Sequence record: MF327006
DNA length: 64,000 nt
Direction: 5' to 3' (one strand)
DNA from: Shigella phage Sf20
This document shows, piece by piece, positions 55,467 through 64,000 of the stretch. The translations under genes were made by a program, and so were the position numbers. The notes beneath the pieces were generated by a model. The model was not told where the DNA came from and searched no databases. It saw only the letters and a program-made list of their open reading frames with translations. The first letter of the stretch is position 1. Each line of letters opens with the position of its first letter.

Positions 55467-58406
55467 ATGGCAGATTTAAGCAGAATCCAATTTAAACGTA
55501 CTAGCACTAAAGGCCGTCGACCTGATGCTGGTACGATGAATCCGGGGGAATTGGCAATCAACCTTGCGGATCAATATCTTCTTACTAAAAATGATTCCGG
55601 TGCTATTATCAATTTAAGTTGTCCTCCGGTTTATGACCGCGATGTTACAATGGCAGGTAAGGTTAAAGGTAATAATTATATCTTAAGTAAAACCGCCAAC
55701 TATCTGGAAGATCAGACAGCGAGAGACCTTAACTACTTTGGTGCTTTCCGTACCAATGGTCTTGACGGTTTTCTCGAACTCACGCTAAACGTTCCTCATT
55801 CTTCTGGTGTTCAGCATGGTCGAGGATTTACTTTCCAGTATGGACACACAGGAAACCGTGTAGAAACTTATGGTTATAATAAAGAAGGACAAAAAGCATT
55901 TAGCTATAAAATGTATCATGAAGGTGATAAACCTACCCCATCGGAATTGAACGTTTATAGCAAACAAGAAGTTGACCGTATGTTTGTTAAAACCGTTAAA
56001 CTTGCTACAGTTCCTGTTGATATCGTTGACGGTTATTTTAAATTAGCAACTGCAATGATTCCGCAAAACGGTCGTAGTGTATTTTTCCGTATTCATGGTG
56101 GTAACGGATATAACGTTACCGCATACGATCAAGTTGATATTGTAGAAATTGTTATTCGCAGTGGAAATAATCGTCCTAAAGGTGTTAACGTTATTGCATA
56201 CCGACGAAATACAAACAAATCATTTGATGTTTTGGCTGTTAATACTTCTGGTGATAACTATGATATCTACGTGAAATATCAGCGTTACACTGATAACGTT
56301 ATTGTTGAATTTGGTAAAAGTGTTGATGTTGATCTGGTAGTCCATGACGTTCCCGACTTTGTTGTTGATCGTCCTGCTGGCGATAATGTTATTGGCGGTC
56401 GCGCGGTAACTCTTTTCAACACAGAAAATAAACGTGGTGTGTTGAGTTTTGACGATAACACACAAAATAGTTATGATATTGTTCACTTGAGTAATGATAA
56501 AGGTACTGGTCGGAAATATATTCGTAAATTCCGCAGTAACTATAATGAAATGATCTGGCATGAGACGGTTCAAGGTTCTACCTATCGACTCGCCACGGGT
56601 AGTACCGATGCTCAGGAGATTCTAACCGTTGAATCTGTTAGCTCAATTGCTGGAACTCATAAAGGTAATATTATTTCTGGACGTATGCTGTTAAATGGCG
56701 GTAGTAATGTTATTACCTTGCGGCGTCCTGCTGGTCAATCCAACCATATTGCGTTTCAAGATAATCGTACTGGAGATATTACCCGTCAAGGATGGATCGG
56801 TTATGCCAATGCTGATACTAACATTTTTGAATGGTATAGTGATGTAGGTGGCAGTTCTATTCGTCAACATATTGACGGACAGATCGAACTTGCAACCGGT
56901 AACACAAAACGCGTTTATACTAACGCTCAATTCATCTCAATGAATAGCGACGCCTACCGCATGCTCTACGGTAATTATGGTGCATTCTGGCGTAATGACG
57001 GCGTTAAAGTTTATCTTCTTTCTACTGCCGAAAATGATAAATTGGGCGGGTGGAATGCCTATCGTCCATTCATTTATGATTTAACTTCCGGTAACGTTCA
57101 ATTAGGCGGTGATGGTAACGAAGAAGCATTAACGTTAGAACGTGCTTCTCGTGCCGCTCGATTTAGTAATGACGTTTACATTAAGAAAGGGCTTTTGACT
57201 TTCGACGCTGGTCGTGCTGGATCTCGCGATTATATTCGATTTAATCATTGGGGTGATAGCAATAATGCTCGTGATAACGTTTTGTACATAGAAGATAGTC
57301 AAGGCCGACATTTTAGTACAGAACGTGCGATGGGTACTGGTGCTCTTAAAGCATACTTCTTAGGCGATCTTGAAGTCGGTGGTAAGTTTACTTGGGGTAA
57401 AAATACAGCTACATCTAGCTTTAATATCCGTGCATGGGGTGCTGATGCTCGTAAACAGGTATTAGAATGTGCTGATGAAAGCGGTTGGCATTGGTATACC
57501 CAACGACCGGGCGGTCCTGGTACTGATGCAATTGAATTTTCTATTAACGGTACGGTTAAGCCTAAAGCAATTCATACTGGCGGCAATATCACTATCAACG
57601 GTGCTGATATTGAGTTTAAACGCGCTGGCAATAAGCATTTATGGTTTAGAGATCCAAACGGATTAGAATTGGGTTTGATTTATTGTGATGATGCTGGTGT
57701 TATTCGTGTCCGTGGTGAGAAGTCGACCGAAGTGTGGAAATTCTCGGCAAAACAGATTCATTTAGAAACGGGTACTGCTGGTAACGGTGTTGGTTTAATC
57801 CGTGGTGCAGTTGGTGGTGGTGCGTGGACTCAATGGAGAGACCGTGGTACTGGCTTACAGGTTGACTGCCAACAATCAGAAAACTCAGCACACAACATAT
57901 GGCGAGCGACTCATCAAGGTAAGTACCATCTTGCAGCAATGGGTGTTCATGCATCTGGTGGTAGTGTTGCTAATACCGTTGTTCGCTTACATGTTCATGA
58001 CTCAAACTATGATTTCACTGCTGTTGGTGACTTCACCGCAGGTCGTAACGGTTCGTTTAACGATGTGTACATTCGTTCTGATGCTCGCCTTAAAATCAAC
58101 AAGGAAGAGTATAAAGAGAATGCCACCGATAAAGTTAATCGCTTAACTGTATACACCTATGACAAGGTTAAATCTTTAACCGACCGTACTGTCATTGCTC
58201 ATGAAGTTGGCATTATCGCACAGGATCTTGAGAAAGAATTGCCGGAAGCAGTAACAACCTCGAAGATCGGAGACGGTGATACACCAGAAGAGATCTTAAC
58301 AATTTCTAACTCTGCTGTCAACGCTCTTTTAATTAAGGCGTTTCAGGAAATGAGCGAAGAATTGAAAGCCGTTAAAGCTGAACTAGCGGAACTTAAAAAG
58401 AATTAA
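55467..58406 (+). CDS. 37: long tail fiber distal subunit / receptor-binding protein gp37 with C-terminal intramolecular-chaperone-like domain
   Basis: N-terminus MADLSRIQFKRTSTKGRRPDAG...GELAINL matches T4 gp37; C-terminal ~110 aa begins SDARLK and ends in a coiled coil, resembling peptidase S74 chaperone domains. Confidence 0.8.
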   Translation: MADLSRIQFKRTSTKGRRPDAGTMNPGELAINLADQYLLTKNDSGAIINLSCPPVYDRDVTMAGKVKGNNYILSKTANYLEDQTARDLNYFGAFRTNGLDGFLELTLNVPHSSGVQHGRGFTFQYGHTGNRVETYGYNKEGQKAFSYKMYHEGDKPTPSELNVYSKQEVDRMFVKTVKLATVPVDIVDGYFKLATAMIPQNGRSVFFRIHGGNGYNVTAYDQVDIVEIVIRSGNNRPKGVNVIAYRRNTNKSFDVLAVNTSGDNYDIYVKYQRYTDNVIVEFGKSVDVDLVVHDVPDFVVDRPAGDNVIGGRAVTLFNTENKRGVLSFDDNTQNSYDIVHLSNDKGTGRKYIRKFRSNYNEMIWHETVQGSTYRLATGSTDAQEILTVESVSSIAGTHKGNIISGRMLLNGGSNVITLRRPAGQSNHIAFQDNRTGDITRQGWIGYANADTNIFEWYSDVGGSSIRQHIDGQIELATGNTKRVYTNAQFISMNSDAYRMLYGNYGAFWRNDGVKVYLLSTAENDKLGGWNAYRPFIYDLTSGNVQLGGDGNEEALTLERASRAARFSNDVYIKKGLLTFDAGRAGSRDYIRFNHWGDSNNARDNVLYIEDSQGRHFSTERAMGTGALKAYFLGDLEVGGKFTWGKNTATSSFNIRAWGADARKQVLECADESGWHWYTQRPGGPGTDAIEFSINGTVKPKAIHTGGNITINGADIEFKRAGNKHLWFRDPNGLELGLIYCDDAGVIRVRGEKSTEVWKFSAKQIHLETGTAGNGVGLIRGAVGGGAWTQWRDRGTGLQVDCQQSENSAHNIWRATHQGKYHLAAMGVHASGGSVANTVVRLHVHDSNYDFTAVGDFTAGRNGSFNDVYIRSDARLKINKEEYKENATDKVNRLTVYTYDKVKSLTDRTVIAHEVGIIAQDLEKELPEAVTTSKIGDGDTPEEILTISNSAVNALLIKAFQEMSEELKAVKAELAELKKN

Positions 58407-58448
58407 GGAAAACTCCCAGGGAAGGGAAACTACTAAGGAGAAACGGCT

Positions 58449-58688
58449 ATGGTCTATAATATCGTCATTGGTGCTTTGTCTAGTTTCGGAATGAAACTAT
58501 TGTCAAAGTTAATTAGTGAAAAGATGCTCACTAAAATTTTCTTCTATTGCGCTCGTCGTCTTGCGGCCTATACCAATACGCCAATTGATGATCGTTTTGT
58601 GGAAGAACTTTATAAGGAGTTTAATAAAGATCAGTCAGAAGATAGTAACGAGCAAGATAAACCTAGTGATAGTCAACTACCTAAATAA
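58449..58688 (+). CDS. hypothetical small protein (79 aa) in the position of gene 38
   Basis: GGAG RBS; hydrophobic N-terminus, acidic C-terminus. Confidence 0.4.
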   Translation: MVYNIVIGALSSFGMKLLSKLISEKMLTKIFFYCARRLAAYTNTPIDDRFVEELYKEFNKDQSEDSNEQDKPSDSQLPK

Positions 58689-58721
58689 GAGTACACTGTC
58701 ATAGTTATCTTAGGGCATTAT

Positions 58722-59378
58722 ATGCAAGTTTCTGAAAAAGGGAAAGACTTTGCTATCTCAAATGTCCTGCGCGCTATTTTCACAACTAAAAGCACGGAGT
58801 TGCTCGTACTTCGTGTTTTTGCTGCCGTCGTGTTGTCCATATTGGCATTTGTCGTTTATAGTAAAAACGAGTTATTTGCGCTTTATAAAGAGACTCGTTA
58901 TGAGACTTATGCTCACATTCTCCAGGTAGAGAAAGACCGCAATTTTGATAATGCAGCACAGGAGCAGTTACAGATAGTTCATGTGTCGGCTGATGCCGAT
59001 TTTTCTGCTGTTTTTAGTTTTCGTCCGAAAAACCTAAACTATTTTGTTGATTTGGTGGCATATGAAGGAAAGCTACCGCATACAATCGATGAAAAGAATT
59101 TAGGCGGATTCCCTATCAATAAAACGAGTGAAGAATATCGTAGACATCTTTTAGGTAAATCATATTTTACCGATAAAGATTTCCAGTATATTCCATCAAG
59201 AGAAAAGAAATTAGAGAATATCGATATAGGTTTCATGTATTCTTGTCCTATATTCAATCTCGATAATGTCTATTCTGGTAGTATCGCCATTTCATGGAAG
59301 AATAAACCGGATATTGACATTGAGAATTTAGATACTCTTTGCAATCAATCTGCCAGAATCCTCGGAAGGATTAGATAA
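58722..59378 (+). CDS. t: holin T
   Basis: 218 aa, same length as T4 T; KNELFALYKETRYETYAHILQVEKDR...QLQIVHVSADADFSAVFSFRPKNLNYFVDLVAYEGKLP...YSCPIFNLDN...ARILGR match T4 holin. Confidence 0.9.
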   Translation: MQVSEKGKDFAISNVLRAIFTTKSTELLVLRVFAAVVLSILAFVVYSKNELFALYKETRYETYAHILQVEKDRNFDNAAQEQLQIVHVSADADFSAVFSFRPKNLNYFVDLVAYEGKLPHTIDEKNLGGFPINKTSEEYRRHLLGKSYFTDKDFQYIPSREKKLENIDIGFMYSCPIFNLDNVYSGSIAISWKNKPDIDIENLDTLCNQSARILGRIR

Positions 59379-59384
59379 CTTAAA

Positions 59385-59415
59385 GGGGAAGCCTTTCGGC
59401 CTCCCCTTCTTTTTA
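59385..59415 (+). terminator. rho-independent terminator after t
   Basis: GGGGAAGCC-TTTC-GGCCTCCCC hairpin followed by TTCTTTTTATT. Confidence 0.55.
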
Positions 59416-59661
59416 TTGGCGCATAGAAGCCCCTGAATCACATTTTGACGCTGTATGATGAAAACATGTAGCGTACCAGTCATCGGCTTGTTTGTCTTCG
59501 TCAGAAAACGCGTAATTGCGTTGTATGCCGTTTTCTACTTTGACCAGTGCAATAGCTGTTTCTGGAAGATCAATCAATCGGACAAAATCACCGTCTTCCC
59601 ACTCCACACGGGCAATATCATAGCCCATCTCAAAGTATACAATCGCTTGTTCTAATTTCAT
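59413..59661 (-). CDS. hypothetical protein (82 aa)
   Basis: ORF. Confidence 0.4.
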   Translation of the reverse strand: MKLEQAIVYFEMGYDIARVEWEDGDFVRLIDLPETAIALVKVENGIQRNYAFSDEDKQADDWYATCFHHTASKCDSGASMRQ

Positions 59662-59987
59662 TCTGGAAACTTCCCGTAAACATTCTCTGCCAGCTTACGT
59701 GCATCTTTTACAATATCTTTCATATAATGACTATAATTTTTAGCTAGATCAATGATGCAATCAACAAAGAAGTAATAGCGTCGCAGTGCTACCAGCTCAA
59801 CATCTTCAAGATGACCATTTTCTCCAATCGCTGAAATATGTTTAAATTCCTTTCGGATCGCGTCCATCGCTACATTAACTTCTTTTATAATATCTTTCGT
59901 ATTATATGCACCTCGACTAATCAAAATTTTGGTTAGGTCTTCTGCTTTTTCGTGAAAGTTGTCAATTTCAAACTCGATCATAATCAC
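59658..59987 (-). CDS. hypothetical protein, ENxxGKF family copy 1
   Basis: Paralogous to 60096..60428 (C-terminal AENVYGKFPE vs TENIFGKF). Confidence 0.45.
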   Translation of the reverse strand: MIMIEFEIDNFHEKAEDLTKILISRGAYNTKDIIKEVNVAMDAIRKEFKHISAIGENGHLEDVELVALRRYYFFVDCIIDLAKNYSHYMKDIVKDARKLAENVYGKFPE

Positions 59988-60095
59988 CTCTCATAATTTC
60001 ACGCTGTTGTTTCAACATTTTTTCGTGGTTTGCTAATTCTATACCTTGTAATAGCATAACCAGTGCAATTTTCAATGATTCATCATCTTTCATAA

Positions 60096-60428
60096 TCAAA
60101 ATTTACCGAAAATATTCTCTGTCATAATTCTTGCTTCGTCGATTATTTTCGTCATGTTCATGGTGTAGTTATGATCATTTAGTGCTTTAATAACAACGAG
60201 CAAGGAATCTAAAAACACTCGATACCGGGTATATTCTACGCTATTTGTGAATACCGATGTTTTCTCTACTTTATCGATCAGATAGCCTAAAGCCGATAGC
60301 GCCTCGTTTACTTCCCTTGTTACTTTATCGGCGCTAAACAACACCGGATAAAGACGCGGTGTGATTAACCGCGCTGCCTCTTTCAATTCGGTCGCTTTCC
60401 ATGATTCATATTTGTCATAGTTAAACAT
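60096..60428 (-). CDS. hypothetical protein, ENxxGKF family copy 2
   Basis: Paralog of 59658..59987. Confidence 0.45.
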   Translation of the reverse strand: MFNYDKYESWKATELKEAARLITPRLYPVLFSADKVTREVNEALSALGYLIDKVEKTSVFTNSVEYTRYRVFLDSLLVVIKALNDHNYTMNMTKIIDEARIMTENIFGKF

Positions 60429-60440
60429 TGTATAATCTCC

Positions 60441-60773
60441 TTACAGATGAAAACCTGTTACGATCACCGCATCGATCATACCGTTAGGAATAAACGGTTC
60501 GCCATCTTTTATTTCAACTTTGAATTGATGCCATTTCGCTAATACTTCTTCCGGTACACCCAGCGATTCAGCGTCTGCTTTAGTTTCATCCATAATCCAA
60601 CTAGGCTGCATGAGAGCATAGTTTACATAGTCCATTTCTGGGGTCATGTCATCAATGTTAATATATTTGCAGTTGACGCGTTTCAGAATTTCAAATTCTT
60701 TATTGTCAACCTGTACCATGTATAATTCAGTAGTTTCTGGAATCAGTTCCCACACAATCAGTACATTTTTCAT
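60441..60773 (-). CDS. hypothetical protein (110 aa)
   Basis: ORF. Confidence 0.45.
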   Translation of the reverse strand: MKNVLIVWELIPETTELYMVQVDNKEFEILKRVNCKYINIDDMTPEMDYVNYALMQPSWIMDETKADAESLGVPEEVLAKWHQFKVEIKDGEPFIPNGMIDAVIVTGFHL

Positions 60774-60781
60774 AGTTCACC

Positions 60782-61150
60782 TCACTTAACAAAGATTTTC
60801 TTTAATGCTTTCAGGATCGTTGCTTCCGGCGCTTCTTCCGGTGGAGGAAGCAATTCTACCACTTCCTCTTCCAACTCGATATAGTCTACCAGATATTCTA
60901 CATAGAATGCAAGTGCTTCCATGAAATTAGATGCTACATCCGATTCACCACACGCGCCTACATGCATTGTATAAACATCACTGCGATCAAGTTTGTGGAT
61001 GCTTCCCAGATAGTTTCGGTTATACCAGACTTCCCACACTTTCAACTTTCCGGTTTTTGTTGATGTTTTATAATCGGTTTCGTAATGATGTAATTGACGT
61101 TGCAGATCATTGATAATAACACATTTTTCGTAATTGTTTTGAATTTCCAT
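60782..61150 (-). CDS. hypothetical protein (122 aa)
   Basis: ORF. Confidence 0.45.
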   Translation of the reverse strand: MEIQNNYEKCVIINDLQRQLHHYETDYKTSTKTGKLKVWEVWYNRNYLGSIHKLDRSDVYTMHVGACGESDVASNFMEALAFYVEYLVDYIELEEEVVELLPPPEEAPEATILKALKKIFVK

Positions 61151-61160
61151 GATGCAATCC

Positions 61161-61352
61161 TCACTTATCGTTCAGAAGTTCTAAAACTTTCTGTCGTACT
61201 TTGTCAATATTAGTTGATTCAAAAACTGTACGGTATCCCCAGCTTTGACCGTATGAGCGGTTGCAATCTCCATATCCCCATTGTTCAACCTGATAGTATT
61301 CAAGGAATGGGTGCTGCCGAACTATGATACCATCGCGATTAAAAATTACCAT
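61161..61352 (-). CDS. hypothetical protein (63 aa)
   Basis: ORF. Confidence 0.35.
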   Translation of the reverse strand: MVIFNRDGIIVRQHPFLEYYQVEQWGYGDCNRSYGQSWGYRTVFESTNIDKVRQKVLELLNDK

Positions 61353-61375
61353 AATATAATCCTCACGTCAACAAC

Positions 61376-61663
61376 TTATTTTCGGTTGTGGTCACGATAT
61401 GTTTTAAAATATCCCTCGTACCACGGTAAAATATCTGGATTTTTACCACTATACAGACCTTTAACCATCATGTCAATAAGGCCATCTGGTGTTTGATAGT
61501 TTCCCGCTTTTATAAGCTCTCTGATTAAAATCTCTCTGTATATGTCTTTCGGATCTTCGTAATCAACTTGTATTGTGGTTGTGGTCTCATTCAATTTGGT
61601 TTCTGGAGTATCTCGGATCGCATCCCACCAATCTTTTGTGATCTTCATGTTATTGAATTGCAT
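61376..61663 (-). CDS. hypothetical protein (95 aa)
   Basis: ORF. Confidence 0.4.
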   Translation of the reverse strand: MQFNNMKITKDWWDAIRDTPETKLNETTTTIQVDYEDPKDIYREILIRELIKAGNYQTPDGLIDMMVKGLYSGKNPDILPWYEGYFKTYRDHNRK

Positions 61664-61674
61664 AATTTAACCTC

Positions 61675-62433
61675 TTACTTGCAAACGTATTGATCTACAT
61701 CAATTGCGCCACCGAATGTAGGATGACGTTTTTCGAATCGAATAGTTCCGTCGTTTGGTTCGAAAACGGAGTATTCATATAGATCTTTCTTGCCAACATT
61801 CTTATAAAACCCGCCTTTAGTCATAACGGTTTCTTGTACGTTTGCTTTGTGTACGTTGTATTCATCAATGTATACAAAATCAACCATCTTCCCATTTTTA
61901 ATGGTTACTTTAAGATCTCCTGGTTGGTTTCCATATTTTGCATACAGTGGGGCTTCTTTAATTTTGGTGGAAATTCCATCTTTCATACTCCACTCATAAC
62001 GAACGGTGCATTGATAGGTAAAAGTTTCGACCTTCGGTTCTTCTACCACTTTTGCTTCCTGTTTCGGTTGTTCTTCTTCAACCTTCGCAGAAGTCTCTGA
62101 ATAGCTTTCTGACGCGGTTTCTTCTTTAGGTAATACATTCATCAAGTTTTGGATTTGAGCGTTATATACAGCCTCCAGTGGCTGAATCTGCCCGATATTG
62201 ATCATTGTATCACGAACAGTTTTATTCCAGTTGCGTTGCTCTTGTTTAAGAGACGGATCAATCTTAACAGCCTTAACATACACCTCATGAAGTTTAGAGT
62301 CCAGTGCGGAGATAGACTCATTAGCACAAATAAACTTCTCTGATTTGGTAGTAGCTTTAGCGCAATCAAAGGACGCAGCGTTAGCACCGAAAGCAGTAGC
62401 AGAAAGAACGATAGCAGCGATAATGTTTTTCAT
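61675..62433 (-). CDS. secreted protein with DUF1311 (LprI-like) N-terminal domain
   Basis: Signal peptide MKNIIAAIVLSATAFGANA; FDCAKATTKSEKFICANESISALDSKLHEVY resembles the DUF1311 C...C...L.Y signature. Confidence 0.5.
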   Translation of the reverse strand: MKNIIAAIVLSATAFGANAASFDCAKATTKSEKFICANESISALDSKLHEVYVKAVKIDPSLKQEQRNWNKTVRDTMINIGQIQPLEAVYNAQIQNLMNVLPKEETASESYSETSAKVEEEQPKQEAKVVEEPKVETFTYQCTVRYEWSMKDGISTKIKEAPLYAKYGNQPGDLKVTIKNGKMVDFVYIDEYNVHKANVQETVMTKGGFYKNVGKKDLYEYSVFEPNDGTIRFEKRHPTFGGAIDVDQYVCK

Positions 62434-62507
62434 AATATATTCCTCAGTGTTTTGTCTTGATGGGAGTATCTTACTACTCCCTTAATCCGGTGTCAACTAC
62501 TTTTAAA

Positions 62508-62768
62508 TTATTTTCGCCATTCACCGGAAACAATAAAGTTTGTAAAGTGAACGTGGTCCGTGATAACGTCATTAAGTACCATATGCGGATATGCTTTAGT
62601 GTAATCACGTTTACGATCAGTCATCCAACCAACGAAAGTCGGTGCAAAGTACGGCACACCGTCAGATGATGCCATATTAAACCATTTATCAGCCATAAAT
62701 GCAGCCGCCCTAAGATTTTTAATTGAAGTAGTGCGACTAATTTCAAAAACTTTATCGGTAAAATTCAT
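62508..62768 (-). CDS. hypothetical protein (86 aa)
   Basis: ORF behind promoter cassette at ~62470-62500. Confidence 0.4.
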   Translation of the reverse strand: MNFTDKVFEISRTTSIKNLRAAAFMADKWFNMASSDGVPYFAPTFVGWMTDRKRDYTKAYPHMVLNDVITDHVHFTNFIVSGEWRK

Positions 62769-63028
62769 TTTAAGCCCCCCGCTCGTGCATTAATACGCAT
62801 TTTCTGCATAGCCATGATCTGGTTTACTGCTTCTTCTTTACGTTCTTGCGTGATAACGTGACCAGATTCCGTAAACTCTCCCGCAACTTCTTCTACGATC
62901 TCGCGAACTTGAGAACGTCCAAAGATGCGGTTTCCTTCGTAGCTCATAAATTCAGTCACTACTTGCTCGATAGATTTCATGTGATTCTCCTTCTTTCGTT
63001 TGGTATGGGAGTATAATACTACTCCCAT
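62765..63028 (-). CDS. hypothetical protein (87 aa)
   Basis: ORF behind promoter cassette at ~63015-63045. Confidence 0.4.
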   Translation of the reverse strand: MGVVLYSHTKRKKENHMKSIEQVVTEFMSYEGNRIFGRSQVREIVEEVAGEFTESGHVITQERKEEAVNQIMAMQKMRINARAGGLK

Positions 63029-63044
63029 TTCTTTACGTCAACAA

Positions 63045-63206
63045 CTATTTTAAATTATTTTCGACCTTCACCCATTCCGCGTATTCTTGCGCGGCTACTT
63101 TCGGATTTAGTCCGTCTTCGTACATTGCATCAAGTAATTCTTTGTCGGTGGGCTTATACCCTAGATAAGCCTCCACCTGATTTTTCCAAATTTTATACCA
63201 GTTCAT
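63045..63206 (-). CDS. hypothetical protein (53 aa from internal Met)
   Basis: Start chosen to abut the upstream gene stop; the ORF-track start has no RBS. Confidence 0.3.
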   Translation of the reverse strand: MNWYKIWKNQVEAYLGYKPTDKELLDAMYEDGLNPKVAAQEYAEWVKVENNLK

Positions 63207-63210
63207 ATTA

Positions 63211-63483
63211 TCACCAGTCAAGAGCGCGTGTCTCTGCGTCTTCCCATGCTTGATCCATAACAGCCTTGAAAACATATTCTAAAGTATCATCTTTAGAGAA
63301 TCCGAAGATTTTAGACGGAATATCTTCAATTGCTACTCCCGCAACTTCTGCATTACGCGCTTGACAATAATGCAACTCTAAGTTATCGAGATAGCGACCG
63401 CCTAATTTCTCCATATCATCCCAGCATTTCCAGTAACCTACTTTATTTGCAATTGCTAACACTTTGCTGTTTTCGTTGCTCAT
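63211..63483 (-). CDS. hypothetical protein (90 aa)
   Basis: Start MSNENSKV with AAGGAGA RBS directly downstream of a promoter. Confidence 0.45.
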   Translation of the reverse strand: MSNENSKVLAIANKVGYWKCWDDMEKLGGRYLDNLELHYCQARNAEVAGVAIEDIPSKIFGFSKDDTLEYVFKAVMDQAWEDAETRALDW

Positions 63484-63593
63484 CTTTGATTCTCCTTTTG
63501 TTTGGTATGTGTGTATTATGCGAGGCTGGATTCGTGAAGTCAACAACTTTTTAAAATAAAAAAGCCGACCACAAGGATCGGCTTAATAATCAG

Positions 63594-63989
63594 TTACTTA
63601 CTAAATTTCTTTTTGGCTTCGTCTACCGCATGAGATGCCAGTACCGCAGCCGCATGTGCGCTTTTATCTGTGTTGCAGAGAACGCCCAGATAAACATCAC
63701 GCCAAAGTTTAATCATCTCGTAGATCATATCAATATCATTTTCTTGTTTGTTGGCGATGCTATTCGTCGTTATCTGGTAAGGTAACGGCTTGATCTGTAC
63801 TGGTTCCGCCATCGGGCTAATCGGTTTCGGATCAGTCATAATAGGTGCTGTTGTGGGTGGTGTTTTCCATACATCATTATTCCACGGTTTAATCGTTGTA
63901 TCGTAAAGTTTATAAGGATTTTTGTCTGGATTAACCATCCAGGCATGATGAGTACCCAAACCATTTGAAGTAATGCGTCGTTCAGTCAT
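63594..63989 (-). CDS. hypothetical protein (131 aa)
   Basis: ORF preceded by terminator hairpin GCCGACCACAAGGATCGGC at ~63565-63585. Confidence 0.45.
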   Translation of the reverse strand: MTERRITSNGLGTHHAWMVNPDKNPYKLYDTTIKPWNNDVWKTPPTTAPIMTDPKPISPMAEPVQIKPLPYQITTNSIANKQENDIDMIYEMIKLWRDVYLGVLCNTDKSAHAAAVLASHAVDEAKKKFSK

Positions 63990-64000
63990 ACTTTCCCTCC

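Noticed and set aside
56220-56930. - strand ORFs inside gene 37
   Set aside because: Embedded antisense ORFs within a well-supported structural gene
1-64000. tRNA or rRNA genes
   Set aside because: No cloverleaf-like GC-rich ~75-nt segments or rRNA-like regions were apparent; the T4 tRNA cluster lies outside the region syntenic with this window

Overview
This window is a contiguous segment of a T4-like myovirus genome (Tevenvirinae/Straboviridae type), co-linear with the T4 map from gene 24 to holin t. Gene calls rest on protein motifs and similarity to T4 proteins recalled from memory; no database search was run. Coordinates of features not in the supplied ORF track were counted by hand and may be off by a few nt. 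Late and structural genes lie on the + strand (24, uvsW, 51-27-28-29-48-54, 34-35-36-37, t) behind TATAAATA late promoters. Early and DNA-metabolism genes lie on the - strand (alt, 30, 31, cd, pseT, rnlA, denA, nrdB, nrdA, td, frd, 32, 59, 33, dsbA, rnh). Many small early ORFs sit behind sigma70-like promoters whose -35/-10 spacer is a GC-rich palindrome, resembling the promoter-early stem-loop cassettes described for RB49-type phages. Main observations: (1) two perfect tandem duplications (74 bp in alt, 332 bp in gene 34), each frameshifting a conserved gene; (2) a tandem array of six diverged paralogs sharing an HxHW...V(L/I)A(V/I)DV motif, plus several other paralog pairs; (3) a DUF262 / zinc-ribbon / C5-methyltransferase-like operon; (4) a CYTH-like protein between dsbA and rnh; (5) an ADP-ribosylation toolkit (Alt, a second ART, a NADAR/YbiA-like protein); (6) thymidylate synthase with a ~100-aa internal insertion; (7) gp37 with a C-terminal intramolecular-chaperone-like domain and no gp38-sized gene. 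No CRISPR array, rRNA or convincing tRNA was seen.
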